A DNA stretch of 63,153 nt, the filler included, from Octopus bimaculoides (taxonomy: Eukaryota), in NCBI RefSeq assembly GCF_001194135.2. It is 4 parts of 4 records of this genome, joined end to end, with 100 filler letters (N's around TTAATTAATTAA, not from the genome) between each part and the next. Parts side by side here need not be neighbours in the genome. Positions count along the whole stretch, not along the records: positions 1 to 25,440 come from NC_068982.1; 3 more parts are not named here. The stretch is one strand, 5' to 3'. Below, one piece after another: positions 1 to 15,320 of the stretch. The notes under the pieces are model-generated. The model ran no database searches and was not told the DNA's origin. It was given only the letters and a program-made list of their open reading frames with translations. Every line of letters starts with the position of its first letter. Within the stretch, counting starts at the first letter, position 1. The translations under genes and the position numbers were made by a program.

Positions 1-816
1 TATATACTATCCTGCCTATATATATGTGCATACCTTTCAATGTATCCCAGAAGGTTTGCAAATCTAACGGAGGTCTCAAAGGAATTTTAAGATACACAAA
101 TATCAGAACTTATCTGCAGCTCTTGGTCGTCCAAATCGGATATGCAATCTATGTGGATGTCTTTTCAAGACAATATTTGATTTAAAAAGCCACATTAGAT
201 GCCATGATTGTTCTAAGGTGTAGGTACAGGAGGTGGTCAAACTCTGCATTAGGAGTAGACAACCATCACCATATATACATATATGAGTGTGCGTGCATGT
301 GTGTTAGCGAGTGTGTGTGTGTGCGTGTGTGTAAATGTGTCTGTAAGTATGTATGTATATATGTGTGTGTGTTTGTGTGTCTATGTGTGTGTTTCTGTGC
401 ATATATGTATGTGCCTGTGAGTGTACGCATGCGAATAAATATAAGTGTATGGAGAGATTGATTCATATATGTATACAATTACCACAATATTCTTACCTAG
501 CATGAGGAAGCAAACAAGGAAAAGTATGTCATCGACTTTACGAAGTTTTGTTACTGTCTAAAATTGTAGAAATTGACTACTTTTTATTGTTATTTCAACT
601 AAGTCTGAATTAATTTATATTTATATTTAGAGTAGGATTGTTATATATATATATATATNNNNNNNNNNNNNNNNNNNNNNNNNNNNNNNNNNNNNNNNNN
701 NNNNNNNNNNNNNNNNNNNNNNNNNNNNNNNNNNNNNNNNNNNNNNNNNNNNNNNNNNNNNNNNNNNNNNNNNNNNNNNNNNNNNNNNNNNNNNNNNNNN
801 NNNNNNNNNNNNNNNN

Positions 817-855
<39 letters not shown>

Positions 856-2403
856 TCTGTACAGTACTTCACTGGCCGTTGTCTATAGAATAATGGATAT
901 TCTTTAGTTTTCATGAGGAATCAGCAACAAGCTTCCATTCCAAAGAAAGTATTGAGAGAGATGTTTAAAGTAGTTTACTGATAGAAGTCATATGAGACAA
1001 ACATATTACACTTATACAAACGGAAACCTGACTGAGACAATGTTTTATACAAGCAATGAAGTGGTTGAAATAAACAGAAGTACATCAAGGTAGAAGTAGA
1101 TAATATAAAATACTTACATATTAAAGAACAGAAAAGAACTTTATGTGAGTAACTGAATTTGGAAAACCAGCGACTCACATAAAGTAAATCTATCTAAATG
1201 ATTGAGCAAACATATGATATAAAGTAAGCAGATGTTCATAGGAATCGTTAATTTGATAGAATAAACAGACAATATCATCTAAATGCGTAATACATAATAG
1301 ATAAATTGTATAGTATAAGTAGAATGTGAGCTACAAAATTATTATAATCTAAGACCTATTTATTATACAAGTCTGTGAATATCAAGGAATTGTATTATAA
1401 AGTTCAAATAGAATGAACTATTGGATTACAAACGCTATCCAAAAATTCTGTTTTGATGCCAATATAAATGTTCAAATTGCGATTATCTATGCGCTGAGCA
1501 TCTAATAACAGATTTTCAAACATCGTACACATTCTGCTTGAGAGGACAGCGCTGTCCGGTTCATGATATTCTTGACACAGATATTTACTTGGAAGTCGAT
1601 CAAAAATTGAATGCAGTCACACATCGAGATAATGTTAACATTGTCTGGTCTCGACAATTTGGCATTTCTTGTCTCAATTGGGGATACATTATTTGGACAC
1701 AAATCTGACGATCATGGCAATAATTCACAGAAGGTCAGTATCGATATATTTAACATACAAGGCAAAAATTGATCAAAATTCTTTCTAGTAGTTCTAGTAC
1801 ATTCTTCAAATAGATAAAGGCGTAGAATCTGTCAAGTTACGTTTCATTATATTTTTAACTTCCTCTTCAGCCTAAAGATAGTCAAACAATATCTCTCTTT
1901 GAACATATGTGCATTCTATTTAATCTTCTCTTCTTAATCGTTTCTCTTTTCTGCTGTCACTTTAATTTCTCTTGTGAGAAACATATTAGAATAGTTCCGT
2001 TTGTAAGGCGTCCGGTTGAAGAGAAATGAAATCCAGTTTTATCCCAGTTGGCAGCTGGAATTTCTTTCTTGTCATCTATCAGGTTTCACCTCATGATTTG
2101 TAAAAGTAAAACTAAATATATATTCCGGAATTTTTACTTTTAATCCAGCTGCCTCTGGATATAATACATCTACTGTCTCACTTATAAGCCTGTGTGGCGG
2201 AGATAAATCAAATGAGTTTTCTTTCAGTAGAAATACGGGTTCGAAACGCACTAAATAAAAATGTCATTTGTGACAGAAGATATCAGTTTTTCATATTACA
2301 TGTAGTGTAAAATCAGTACAGAACTGAAAATCAGGCTGTGGAAATACATTAATTATATGCGAAGTTTAATGTTTCTAATTTTATACTCACTGATTTCTTT
2401 TTT

Positions 2404-2653
2404 CCGCCCGTTTAAAGCCTAGCCACCAGGCTCATGGGCCCGGTTTCCCGGTTACAATGGCGTATACGTTTCCCAGCTGAACGAGACGTCAGTCCTTCGC
2501 AGTGTTACTCATTTTTGCCAGCTGAGTGGACTGGAGCAACGTGAAATGAAGTGTTTAGCTCAAGAACACAAAACGTCGCCCGCTTAGGAATCGAAACCAC
2601 AATCTTACGATCATGGTGCTGACACCCTAACCACGAAGCCACGCGCCTTCACA
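2404..2653 (-). mobile_element. tRNA-derived SINE, family A (head TGAAGGCGCGTGGC), tail type 1
   Basis: Minus strand: A-box TGGCTTCGTGG, B-box GGTTTCGATTCC, then core GTTCTTGAGCTAAACACTTCATTTCACGTTGCTCCAGTCCACTCAGCTGGCAAAAATGAGTA. Head and core are shared with 36898-37195. Confidence 0.8.
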
Positions 2654-4328
2654 CTCACCGAATATACTCATGCATTATAATGTCCAAAGTGGGCGGTACT
2701 GGGGCGATAGAAAGGACACTAGGGAGCGTTGAAAAAAAGTGGGGCTATGATGGGGAGGTCAAAAAATGGGCGATAGATGTAAAAACAACAAAATGGCTTA
2801 ATTACGTTAAGTTTTAGTTGTGAAATGCAGTTTTCTTGAATATGCAGCAGATGTGGTCCATGTATGTGGTGGTGTTGGTGGTGGAGAGATTGGGATGGGG
2901 TCTGCGTGCCAAGTGGCTCCAGTCGGAAAAGATTTGGGAGCCACAGCATTATACTCTTTAAAACTGAAAATAAAGATATTTTTGAACTGAAAAATTATAT
3001 AACATCTAAATTCAATGATATGAAAATCAGTCATTACATTTCTGTTCCAAACTAATATTTCCTAAAATGAAATTTCTCTAAGAATAACTGCTATGCCCAA
3101 CCTTTCATAATGTAGCTAAGCCTCTGATGAATTTCGAACCATCTCGCACACATCCCCACTCTAGAACAATGGCCTTAATACGTCAAAAATGCAAAATCCA
3201 GCTACCAGATATTAACTATGTCAACCATAAAAGCATTAATGCCTACGTGAATACTGTTCAACCAAGTAGATCGTACGATCAATAAGCGCTAGACATGAAA
3301 GTAAGTGTTGCAATCATCCTGCTAAATTATTCTGTCGAAGGTTCTAGCAGCTTTACTGGACGGCATAAAATAAGATTGGAAGAGTAACCTCCCAAACAGA
3401 ACAAGATCAGGTTCTAACAACAATTCTGTCAGTTTTTGTGATAAGGTGTTCTCGTTCTTTCTACTTATTCGATCCTTGCTGACCGTGAATTAATTATTTT
3501 CATATAATAACTAAATTATTCCATACAATAAGTACCGTCACCTATAAAAATCACTATCAAATGTATGATGCGTTATTGAAATAATTATTGCACGCATGTA
3601 AATGCAAATGTTCCTAATACTAAAGGATATGGAAACGTATATTATTTTTTGTGTAATTATTCTTGCTTTAACACAGCCGTCCAACGTATACTAGCAACGA
3701 CAAATTGATGACTAAGACCAGATAAAATGATTACGCCTTAAACACGTAATGATATAACAATGTCTACTATTGGGATGTAAAATAGATTGACTGTAAATTA
3801 CCTTTCAAATATTTAGCTTCGGTCCCAAATTAAAGGAGATTATTTTTATTTTTTTCAAACGAAGTGAAACATAAAAATAATATTTTAGTGCGAATTGCAT
3901 TCGGTTAATTAAACTATGTTCCTAATTCCTGACATTCATTGATCTGTGAGATAGCTCTAAATGAATTATCGTATATCTTTAATACAAAGTGAGGAGCATT
4001 CAATAAATATATAGATGAAGGTTTTATATTTCTTTACTCACACAGCAATCCCAGGCTTGTCAACGCTGATTGTATGTTTTGGTTTTTAGTTTTATATTGC
4101 GTACTCTAGTGATATTTTGTTGGTAGATACAATTGGTTTTAACAGAAATACAAAAGGCTATTGTAAAATCTTTACAGATGTAAATAATTTAAGCTCCAAA
4201 ACTCTTTTGCATTGAAAGAGCTACAAATGATTACGCCAGCTGGCATTGAACAAGCAATCGCAACATTAATTATTCATACTTTCTACGCTAGCCTATCTCG
4301 CGTACTTGGGAACATACTAAGTCTATAA

Positions 4329-4535
4329 GGCGGTGAACTGGCAGAAACTTTAGTACGCGGGGTGAAATGCTTAGCGGTATTTCGTCTGTCTTTATGTTCT
4401 GAGTTCAAATTCCGCCGAGCCTGACTTTGCTGTTCATCGTTTGGGGGTCGATAAATTAAGTACCAGTTGCGTGCTGGGGTCGATCTAATCAACTGGCCCC
4501 CTCTCCAAAAATATCAGGCCTTGTGCCTAGAGTAG
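4329..4535 (+). mobile_element. tRNA-derived SINE, family B (head GGCGGTGAGCTGGCAGAA)
   Basis: GGCGGTGAACTGGCAGAA...GAGTTCAAATTCC (B-box)...GGGGTCGATAAATTAAGTACCAG...CTGGGGTCGATCTAATC. Homologous copies at 28234, 28469, 44167, 26320 and 13230-14760. Confidence 0.85.
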
Positions 4536-7500
4536 CTATTTGTAGAAACCCCTATATAATACATTTTTCTCGGTACAACAAAAATTAGCACTGCGAAATT
4601 GATTAAGTTTCACGACATTCCTAATTTGACCACTAATTAAACATTCTATTTAGAAAGATCGTTATGATAAATATGATTCCTGAACAGAAAAATATTTTTC
4701 CGTCCCTTTAATAATACAGACAGGGAAATTTCGTATCACAAAGAATGCTCCCGTTCTGAGAAAGACACTGAATTCAGTCTCCTTAAATGTTTTTATTTTG
4801 CAAAGATTTTTGCTATAACAGAAAGCTTCCAGTATGTGAAAGGATTAAATTATGTCCCTTTCATGGAGTTCCTATTTCATGATGAAATTGCTACAATTGA
4901 AAGAGAGTTTAGATTTCATGCAATACTGGTTTTGCTTAATAGCTTGTGTTCTTTACCTTTAGCTTTCTATGTTTAGATTGATCGAGCCAGAAATTTCCGC
5001 CACGAAACAAGAATATTCCATTTCATTAAAACTGTATTCATTATATAACATGTTCTCTTTAACTAAACCCACTAGGTAGTTAAATGTAATGTAAGCTAAT
5101 AAGTTAAACAATCTGGATGCATGTACAGATGTTCTTTGTAAAATGTTAAGCTTTACTGTGTTAAATGTAGAAAACGCAATTATTGTAACTTAAGATTAGT
5201 TACAATTCAATATGCAATAGAGGACGTGAGATCAAATAATGATTCAAGAGTTAAGCTCTTGGTGTGTTTGGTTTCTATTCCTGGTTTCTACAATTATATT
5301 CCATACGCTAAAAATGTGCGTTGAAATCTTATGAATATGTTGGAATAATCATTTTCCCTCTCCTCTAAACATATTGCTTATATACTGAGTAAAAACAATT
5401 CAATGTGAATTCTATAGATCTCAGTCGGAAATGAATTGGCAGGACCCAAAGAGTGTCTTGCAAAATGTATTCTTGGCGTTGTGCGAATATATATGTTTAT
5501 GTGTGTCTGTGTGTTTGTGTGTGTACGTGCGTGCGTGTGTATTGAACAGGGATAGCCAAAATTTAACTGAAACGCTTGATCACCAAAGATTTCTAATAGC
5601 TACTTTTTGTGCCACATAACGTTGTTTGGTACATTATCACATTTCATTTTATTTACTCCTACTTGGAATGTTTTCCTAGTAACTGAATTGACAGATTCGC
5701 TCTGTTGAAGAGAATTGTAATATAGAGTATTTGCAAAATTAATACCAGCAACGCTCATAAATCTCTGAACCTATGACATAAACTTAAATACTACAATTTG
5801 AATTATTGGAATCGGCATTTCCATTTCTCAGGAAGTTAAAATTTGTGGATAAGTAATTGTTTAATTTGTTGATACGTTGTTATGATGTATCAATCTATTT
5901 CTTATTTTCACCAGATCTATATAACCTTTAAATTTGAATTTCTGTGCCTCATCTATAACGATATCATACTTCTTACATAAAAATTATCGCTGAAATTATA
6001 CTTAACTCTCTTAAAAATAGAATTTTTGTCGATCAAGTGTTCTCTTTATATCGGTATATGTATATATTGGCCATAGCAAGCTTCTCTTTCCTTTTATATT
6101 TTAGGGAAACTGTGTTTCCTATGCAAGCAAGCCTCCCCTCTCCACACCGCACAGAAATGTCGTTCTCTTAGCGTAAATAAATCATGGCGCTAGTGCCGTT
6201 ACAAGCGTTACCTTCCGTAGGAGCCAGAAAGAGGTATAGCAATGTGTTGACGCGTAAGGAATCTTTGCTCCTCAAATGCACCATTATCAACGGGTTCTTT
6301 TTTCGGCTTCTCAAATATTTAGTGTAAAGCTGACCAAGTAATGATTTCAATTTGGAGGGATAGGATTCGGAACAAATTCAGTAAGGAATTCTACGCAATT
6401 CTAACGAATCTCCTATATCGCTGTCTTGAAGGGATAGAAAACATTCTCTACATTATACTTTTAAAAAGACAGAATGATTATGTCGGCAACACTTTTCATA
6501 ATATCATCTTGATTAAGCGGGGTATGTGTCTAAGCAGTAACAACAAGAAGAAAGACAGTGGCCGGTCGGTGTGATTTGTTCTTGAACAAAATCTTTTCAT
6601 TTCACGTTGCAGCAACCCATACAACACTAAATATATACAACTCTTCAGTGACGGGTGGGCGTCTTGTTTGGTGGAAATGTTGAACTCACGTTCTCTTAAA
6701 TGCCATGAGAATGGAGATGGCCTCTGACTAAATGAGCCTAATGAGCCTGAAGACTTATATAAAATGTCTAATACAAAATACAGTGTGCAACAAAATTTGA
6801 TGAACTAGAAACTTTCATTGAGACATTAAATGTCACCTCTGCTATGACCGAAACGAAACCCGAAAAATGTTATTTACAAGAATGTATCGCTCGGTTTAAT
6901 CGTAATTCCAAGGGATTATTATTATTCTCTCAGCCAGTATCTGTTATATTTGTACTTTCAGAAAATTACGGTGACTCACAATTTCTTATAATCAGATAAA
7001 AAAGACACGCTTTAAAAAATGTAATACAGACCGATGCATTTTATAGAACAAAATTATATTTAAGTAAAACAAGATAAACTCAGAATCTGGAAATCACTGC
7101 GCACGTAAATTCACTTTTCGTAATTGTTAATAGTATGCTTAATTAACTCTAATATATGGAATATATTAAAGTGAATTAACCCCAACAATATACATAGCTC
7201 TATCGTTATATGTAAGAAGAAATGAGATGTATCGACAGCCGTGTAAATCTTGGAATCTATTTTCTTTTATCTAGCAATCTATCACTTCATATATTCCGAC
7301 ATTCAAAGTGTTAAAATGCAATAAAAATATTTTTGCAAGACTTCAAGCTATAACACTCTGAATGACATTTAGTAAAATGTATTAAATATATTATATAATA
7401 ATGGACTTCCCCGGTTTCAAATCGAGAAGATTTTGATATCATTTCAATGCATTTCAGAAAAATACAAATTCCTCCGAGACTTTCGTATACTGTATACATT

Positions 7501-8502
7501 TTACAGTCGGTGGCAAGAAATTATTTTTGCCTGTTGTTGAACAGTTAAATATTACTTATATTGTAAATTTACCCTCCAGGATCAAAATGAAACATTATTC
7601 ATAGACGTTTCAAATATTAGTCAGAGAGTAGGACTGAGTTATTTCGTTCAATTGAGATTTCTCTGAGATATTTAGAATCATTATTATGCATACAATTTAG
7701 ATATAGCTCCTTCATCTATACTATGTAGTCTACTAAGTTCATGAAAGAATAGGGGTAATTATCGTTCGCTTAGCTATTGTTGATACTGATAATACTGCTC
7801 ATAATTTCGTTGATGATGATAATAACGATAAATATGATACTGAGGAATAAGACAGCGAAAGAGAAAAGAATTTGATTGAAAACAAAGAAGCTGATGATGA
7901 CGAGGAAATATAAAAGAGAAGTGTAGTTACGTTTCTGTTCAAACAAATTGTGAATTATTCATCATATGTTTGTTAAGTGTTATTTATTCTAACAAATTTA
8001 CCCTTGGGTTTAAAGTTATTTATTTTCCTGTAGAGAAGTGTCACGGTGGATAATGTCTGGTCCTAGTATTCGTTGTCACAAAACGCTAGTTTCAAATTCT
8101 GACGAGGTCACTTCATATATTTGCGCTTTAATCTATATGGTTTATGAAAATATCCATTTTTAACCTTTCTTATGTTTTTGAAATATTGAAGGCTTAACCT
8201 TACACCCAAGTAGATTAGTAATTGAAGTATTGTATTTCATTTTCATTCTTCCGATAATGGAATGCCATCCAAAGGGAAATAAACGACGAAACACGCGATT
8301 TTTTTTTCTTTTTCTTTCAAAGAAACGAAGATGAACTATGCAAGGGGAAAAAGACGAGGTGAAGCGCATATAGTCGCAGGAACACTTTAAAATCGTGAAA
8401 GAAGAGTGATGGAGATAAGATGTGGATCAGTGTGAAAAAGTGGGTAGTGAAGAGGAAAAGAAGCAGAGAATAAGGAAGAGTAAAATATAGAGAGAGCAGG
8501 AG

Positions 8503-8615
8503 TGAAGAAGAAGAAGAAGAAGAAGAAGAAGAAGAAAAAAGAAGAAGAAGAAAAGAAGAAAAAGAAGAAGAAGAAGAAGAAAAGAAGAAGAAAAAAAGAA
8601 GAAGAAGAAGAAAAA

Positions 8616-8649
<34 letters not shown>

Positions 8650-8706
8650 AGAAGAAGAAGGAGGAGGAGGAGAAGAAGAAGAAGGAGGAGGAGGAGAAGA
8701 AGAAGA
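8503..8706. repeat. (GAA/GGA)n polypurine microsatellite
   Basis: About 200 bp of GAA/AAG with GGA interruptions. It is the source of the poly-K/E/F/S/L ORFs in the track. Confidence 0.95.
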
Positions 8707-9497
8707 GAACAACCATAGAATGGAAGAGTTTGTGTAGGCAGATGCGATGAAGTATAAGGAGAAAACAACGCTAATGCAATGAGTCACCGAGGGATAGAGA
8801 GAACGATGACGTAAAGGTAGAGTTTATTATGGATAGACATAGAGGGGACAACGTAATAGGAAAAGAGAGCTGTAAGTTGGAAGCTATACTTTAGATGGCA
8901 ACGAAAGTGAGGCATATAGAAAGGGAAGCAGACAAAGAAGAATGTTATAACGGCTAAAATAAAAAAAAGAAAGACTGGAATACAAAAAAAAGTTTTTAAA
9001 AAAATCAGAAATACAGACATAAGAAAAAGAAGTTGTGCAAAGAAGAGGTTATTTAATGATTAGTAGAGAGTAGAACAGGATATAGTTAAAAGCTGTAGAG
9101 AAATAAGAGGAAAGAGAAAACCAAGAATGGCTGTGTGCGAAAAAGGTGTATGCGGTCAGCATAGAATATTCAAATTCAGAACGCCATATATCACAGTCAG
9201 TCGTTACTTTGACACATAATTCTTGTGTTCCTTATCAGAAGAATGATTTCAAGATGGCAGAAAAATATAACATTATGGTGATGAATTGCTCTAAGTTCAT
9301 TGCATGGAATCTAATGCATCAGCCATCAGCTTCCGTGAATGTTGTCTTGCTAAATATTGGTGAAAAAGAAAATGAAAACAGATCGTACACACAGAAAATG
9401 CATACAAACCTACATACATACATACATACACGCATTCGATCAATCATACATATACGCATAGATACATGCTTGTATTTATGTATATACATACATATGC

Positions 9498-9545
<48 letters not shown>

Positions 9546-9793
9546 GCCTGTATCTCCGTATATATGCGTATAAGTATATATACGTATAAATATATGCATA
9601 TATAAATGCGTGCATGCATATATACGTTATACATACATGAATAACGAATATACGCAAAAATATATAGATGAGTGAGAACGTGAGTTGGAGGAAAAATATG
9701 TGTGAAATACTAATACGTTTATATATATATGTATGTATGTGGGGGGGGAGCGTGTGCATGTGTTTATGTGTGAGTATGTTTGTGTGTGTGTGA

Positions 9794-9841
<48 letters not shown>

Positions 9842-9946
9842 AGAGAGGGGGAAATAAGGGAGACCAATATATGTATCTTGTATCTATATCTAGTCATACT
9901 CTTATTCACATATATGTCTAAACATTCAAATATCTCAATATAGTTA

Positions 9947-10036
<90 letters not shown>
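9947..10036. repeat. Compound microsatellite (TATC)n(TA)n
   Basis: Seen directly. Confidence 0.95.
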
Positions 10037-10041
<5 letters not shown>

Positions 10042-12919
10042 ATGGATATATGTATATAGGGAGCGGTGGATAGGGAGACAGAAGCATGTATACTTGCTTA
10101 GATAAATAATCATAATATAGAAAATAAAGGGGCGTATTAGAAAGTGTCTGTGTTAACAGGATAGGGATGTACAGATATGCGGCAAAAGCAGAGAAGCCCT
10201 AGATAAAGACTACGTTGTATAATGCATTCTAGATAGACAATATCAGGAAAGCGCTAGTAGATGGTTTTATAATAGGCCTGCTCGATCAAGGCTGACATTT
10301 GTAGAAACAACATTTATTCGTCCTTACTATTTTATGCAAGTATATTTATACATTTATATATCAATACGTAGTTCAGTATATAATAGAATTAATACTGCCC
10401 TTATTCTATTATTAATTGACGATTCCCTGCCCTTATTCTTGTGTATCAATACGTATGTAGGTATATATTTCATACATGCATGCTCGTGAGTTTGAGTATG
10501 TGTGTGTGCATGTGTGTGCGTGTAGAGAGAGCGAGAGGGAGAGCGAGTGAGATTATTTAATGTATTTGAAGAAAAGAATGTATGAATGAAAGAGAGCAAA
10601 ATAATGAAAAACGAATAAAAGCTTAACATAAAGGAGGAAAGCAGAAGAGAGCCGGAAGAAATGATAAAGAAAGTGAGACATGAGAGAGAATAGATTGTTT
10701 TCGTTGGTATTGGTAACTGGAAAGGTTTTTCATGGCTTGCAGTACACATTAAGCTAGAATTACAAGAATTACATTGACAACTCAAAGACTGGTGTTAATT
10801 GAATACCCTTCTCATCCTACGCTTCTCCTTTGTGTTTGCTTTCTCTTTTTGTCTTTTTGTATTTTTTTTTTTTTGAGCATTTCTTCTTTATTTTCTCCTT
10901 TGTTTCGCTTTAACCTGTGTATTTGTCCTTAAGGTAACATTCCTCTGATCAATTGTTGTTACTGAATAAAATCCTAGCTGAATGATGATTGGGTTGTGTA
11001 TGTGAGTGCATGCGTATATACGTGTGTGTGTGTGTATGTGTGTGTGTGTGTGTGTGCATGTATGTGTGTNNNNNNNNNNGTGTGTATGTGTGTGTGTGTG
11101 TGTGTGCATGTATGTGTGTGTGTGTGCATGCGTGCGTGTGTGAGTGTGTGCGCGCGTGCGTTAAAAACAAAGGTAACACACGTGAAATTTAAAGACTTGC
11201 GCAGATTGGTGAGATCGATGTCAGAGCTATTCACTTCAAAGTCCTGTACGTAGAAAGTAGAATATTTCTATACAAGCATGGCTGTCCTAAGATACAAAAC
11301 GTTTTGTGATACGAAGAATTTTCAAAGCTTTTTGACAGAAGGTTCACTACTTAGACGCAGTAGGCCACATAAGTGCAGAGGTTACAGAATGACGTGTCTT
11401 TTTTTGTTTTTTTTTGCTTTGAATTAACAATAAACATGCAAATTCAGAAAAGATGCCACCATAAGTGAGAGAGTGAAGACGGTTAGAAGGAAACCTATTG
11501 TACGCGTGTACGTATGTGTCTCTCAATGTGTGCGTGTGTAGACTAATTTTTGTAGTTTGTTTTCAAAATTTTTGGGTATTTTCTTTAAAGATTAGGTAGA
11601 GATTGTTTATTGATGCAACGGAACCATAAATATTATAAGTGTAACTTTAACTTAATTTGGCGTGACACACATTTCTGTACGCATCCAAATCGTAACCGTT
11701 GTTTATGTTTCATTTCAAACATCTCAACCTGCATCCAGATATATTACATGATTGATTGTTAAAATAGTTCTTATAGTTCTTTCTCAGCAATGTGTTGACA
11801 ACCACCTTTCTTCCTCTGTATCTTTATCTGTGTCTGCCTTTTCAAATAGTAACTGATCTCGTGCCACGTTTGCTACTTTCATCCGTCCTCATCTAATCAT
11901 CTCATGCACTGTCCAACCACGCAGACCCGATGAACGGCATCATTCTCATTCGTCCCGGAGTGTCGAAAAATATCAGGATTACAGACGTTTTGTGATGACG
12001 TAGATAATAGAAACATCCAGATGTGGTTCGTATTTTGAAGTGCTACTCCTTGTGATCGGTTCTGAAACGTTTTCCGACTTTAAAATAATGTGCTAGCTTT
12101 GACACACTATTTCAGCAATATTAAGCATGTTGGATCCTTTTGTGACTTCAATTTCTATTTCCGTCAAAAGTATAAGCAAGTTTACTCTTGCAAACTACAT
12201 CATGTTTCCTTTACCACCCAAAAGTAATATATGCTAGTAAGGATTTTCTGCAATGATTGTGAAGGTGTTAGTTGATTCTAGGAATATGAGTGACACTTAT
12301 TTTCCTTAGAAAGAACAACTTATATGGCAGCAAGCTATGTTAGCAGAAAATGTAAACCTAATCGCAGACCATATTTGAATATACATTAATCTGAAATCTA
12401 TCCCACTCTATGTGGCAAATGCATATACAGATGCACACTCATACTTACATGAGCACGCGCGCCCACTCACGCACACAAACACGCAAACACACATACATAC
12501 ATACATACGTAGACAGACACATCCACGCGCGCGCACATACACATACTCACATGTGAATGAATGAAATGTGTGGAATTTGTTTACAAGAATTGAATTCATA
12601 CTTAGATGCAATGTCATCAAGTACTTGAAGGTATTTTTGTTAAGTACACTTACTATTCTTCAACTATTCGTCTTAATGCTTTTATTATAGATAATGAACT
12701 TAAACTTGTAGTACCTCAAAGCCACGAATTGTGAAAGAGAAAATATGCGACAAAAGTAACACCAAAACTCAACAAATGATACTGTTGTTATCCTCAGAGG
12801 AAATTAGATCTCAGAAAATAAAGCATCAGGACTGAATAAAGCTAGTTAAGCTTTCCGATATTCTAAATATTTCCATTAGACTTACCACTACCACATACAC
12901 AATATGTATTTTAGTAATC

Positions 12920-13175
12920 GTAGCATCATCCAGTTAGGCTGATTGCCCGGGTCAGCCTGGCTACCTCTCTCCATCACGCCCAATTTTCCATTAGGTCTTC
13001 AATTTGGCGTCCAACATATTCTAAAAAGTGTCGTGTTTACGTCTTCCGTGGTCTTCCGGCCGCTATGGTACCATGATTTGGTGTCCACAGCAACACATTA
13101 CTCACTGGTTATTTTTAAATTTCTCTAGCAAACTTCAGTCTCCGCTATTCGGTGGTTGATGAGAAAGTTTGTACA
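12920..13175 (-). mobile_element. RTE-clade LINE, 3' end fragment
   Basis: Degenerate minus-strand translation VSNVLLWTPNHGTIAAGRPRKT...EDLMENWA*WREVARL resembles the RTE ORF C-terminus (GRP.K.W/Y motif), followed by a GATGAT-like tail. Confidence 0.6.
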
Positions 13176-13229
13176 TTCCCATATAACCGTAACCCATAAC
13201 CCATATAATGAAACAAAAGTACACAATAA

Positions 13230-13780
13230 TACTTTCTCGTATAGGTGCGAAGTTTGAAAGTTTTGGAAATAAAAAAGTTGTCGAATACGTCGAATCCTAA
13301 ACTCAAATGGTATTCATTTTATCGACGCCGAAAGGATGAAAGGTTGTTCGATCTTGACAGAATTTGACCTCGGAACGTACAACCGGAAGAAAAAAACCAC
13401 TACGCATTTTATCCACGTGATCACGACCCCATCAGATCAACCCCTTATACTACATAAATGATAATGGTTTAAAGATGTGGTACAAGGCCAGCAATTTCAG
13501 AGGAGGGTGTAAGTCGATTATATCGACCCAATTGTTCAATTGGTACTTATTCTATCGATCCCAACCTGATCGGCGGAATTTCAAATGAGAATGTACAGCA
13601 GGAAGAAAAGCAACATTTTTGCACAGGGCCAGCAGTTTTTAAGGGCAAGGAAAAATCGATTACATCGGACTCAGTACTTGAACGGTGCGTATTTTATCGA
13701 CCGTTGCAAGGAGAGCAGAAAAAAAAACAAATCAATCCCGGTGGAATTGGAACTCAAAGCGTAAAGGCAAACGAAATAAC
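13230..13780 (-). mobile_element. Cluster of about three degenerate family B SINE fragments, same orientation
   Basis: Repeated antisense motifs TTTTATCGAC..GAAAGGATGAAAGG, GTCGATTATATCGACCC and GGCACAAGGCCAGCAATTT. Confidence 0.6.
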
Positions 13781-14229
13781 ACTACGAGTTTTGCTCGACG
13801 TACCAATGATTCTGCCAGCTCGATACCTTTACAATGAGTGTAATTAAATTTTCTAATATAAGCTTAAGGTCAAAACAGGAGAGAGAGAGAGAGAGAGAAA
13901 GAGTGAGAGAGAGAGAGAGTGAGAGAGAGAGAGAAAGAGAGAAAGAGAGAAAGAGAGAGAAGGGGGAGATTATCCAGACGATTATCCTCTTCTTTAATGT
14001 ATCGAAACGAAAAGAGGGAAGGCAAGCTGACCTCAAGAAATAAGTGTTCTAACCAAATTTCACGTGTTATTTTCACTGATGAGTCATTTGCTCCGACGAG
14101 TCATTTACTCTCACCTTACGGCTACTTCAACATCATTATCGTATACATAATACACATTCTTAACGGCAGTACAGTGCCAGAAAATTCAGATAAGACAGTA
14201 ATTGATATCGAACCTAGTATTTGACAGAT

Positions 14230-14760
14230 ACTTTTTTATGAACACCCAGATATTTGGTTTCGTTAGGATTTACGCCCGAGGTTTAAAGAGAATATAGGTC
14301 AAAAATGCTTATGCCACGCTCTAGTACTTTCGCTAATAATTCGCCTTCAACAAGATAATGATTTCTAATTTAAGTAACCGGTGAGCAATTTTCAGAAGAG
14401 AACGTTAGCCGACACCGTCAACTTCGGTAGTTGAGAAGTACTTTATTTTAGCGAACATGAATGCGAGAATTGCAAGTGACTTGGACAGAATCTAAACTCA
14501 ACGAGAGAGCTGGGGCAGATAAGAAAATGCTCTTTTCTCTGACATTATAACGAATTAGCCAATCCACCACCTCATATTTTTTTATCTACTATATAAACAC
14601 AACACCCGAAATCTAGTGGCAGGCGACCAGTCGATTATATTGACCCTAGGATGGGTCAATATAATGGGGCTAATGTCATCGGCCTCCAAAAGTATAAAAG
14701 TCTTAGTCGAATTCGATGAATTAAATTCAGGCAAAATATTAGCAGCAACAAATAGAAACA
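14230..14760 (-). mobile_element. Further highly degenerate family B SINE fragments
   Basis: GTCGATTATATTGACCC, GTACTTTATTTTAGCGA and GAATCTAAACTCA motifs. Confidence 0.4.
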
Positions 14761-15320
14761 CTGAAGTTTAGTAACATTTTATAAAATGGTTAGAAAATAT
14801 AGTTCCTTATACATCTATCTAGACACTGTTATGTTGCCATAAAGAAGAAAAAAAAACTGTAACTGAGTGATATTTGTTCGATTTTTGTTGAAATATATAT
14901 TTCCATCGTTATATGCCCCCTTCTGATTAACATCATAGTAGCGGCACGTTTGGCAACTGATAGAAACAGAAACAAATTTTCTTTTTTTATTTCTTCTACA
15001 ACTTACTAAAGTTTGGCCACAGTTCAGCACTAGTGGTAAAACATTCATTCATACTGTAAGTACACCAGACGTCCAGTCTGTTAATAAGATTTTGTTTTTT
15101 TATTCTTAGGCAATTTTTCAGGAAAAAAAAAATATCAGAATAAAAAATATGGTTCGATATAAATATTGCACTGATAAGTATCAGCTTCTCAATAGACTAA
15201 AACATGTTAATTTTATTTATTTTATAAAACATTCAAAATAAATTATAATAGATGATATAAGTTACCGGCATCGTTTATACTCAAGGAAATATTGTTTATT
15301 ATTATTATTATTATTATTAT

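Noticed and set aside
1457-1708. 83 stop-free codons with CxxC and CPVH motifs (B-box-like) on the plus strand; weak RPD motif on the minus strand
   Set aside because: No start codon or splice signals, motif spacing does not fit a B-box, and open stretches of this length are expected by chance.
8317-8787. Poly-K/E, poly-F/S/L, poly-M/I and HT/CV/YI ORFs across the window
   Set aside because: Translations of simple repeats.
14075-14110. CTGATGAGTC...GACGAG hammerhead-like start
   Set aside because: No GAAA or stem III; better explained as a 17-bp tandem duplication.
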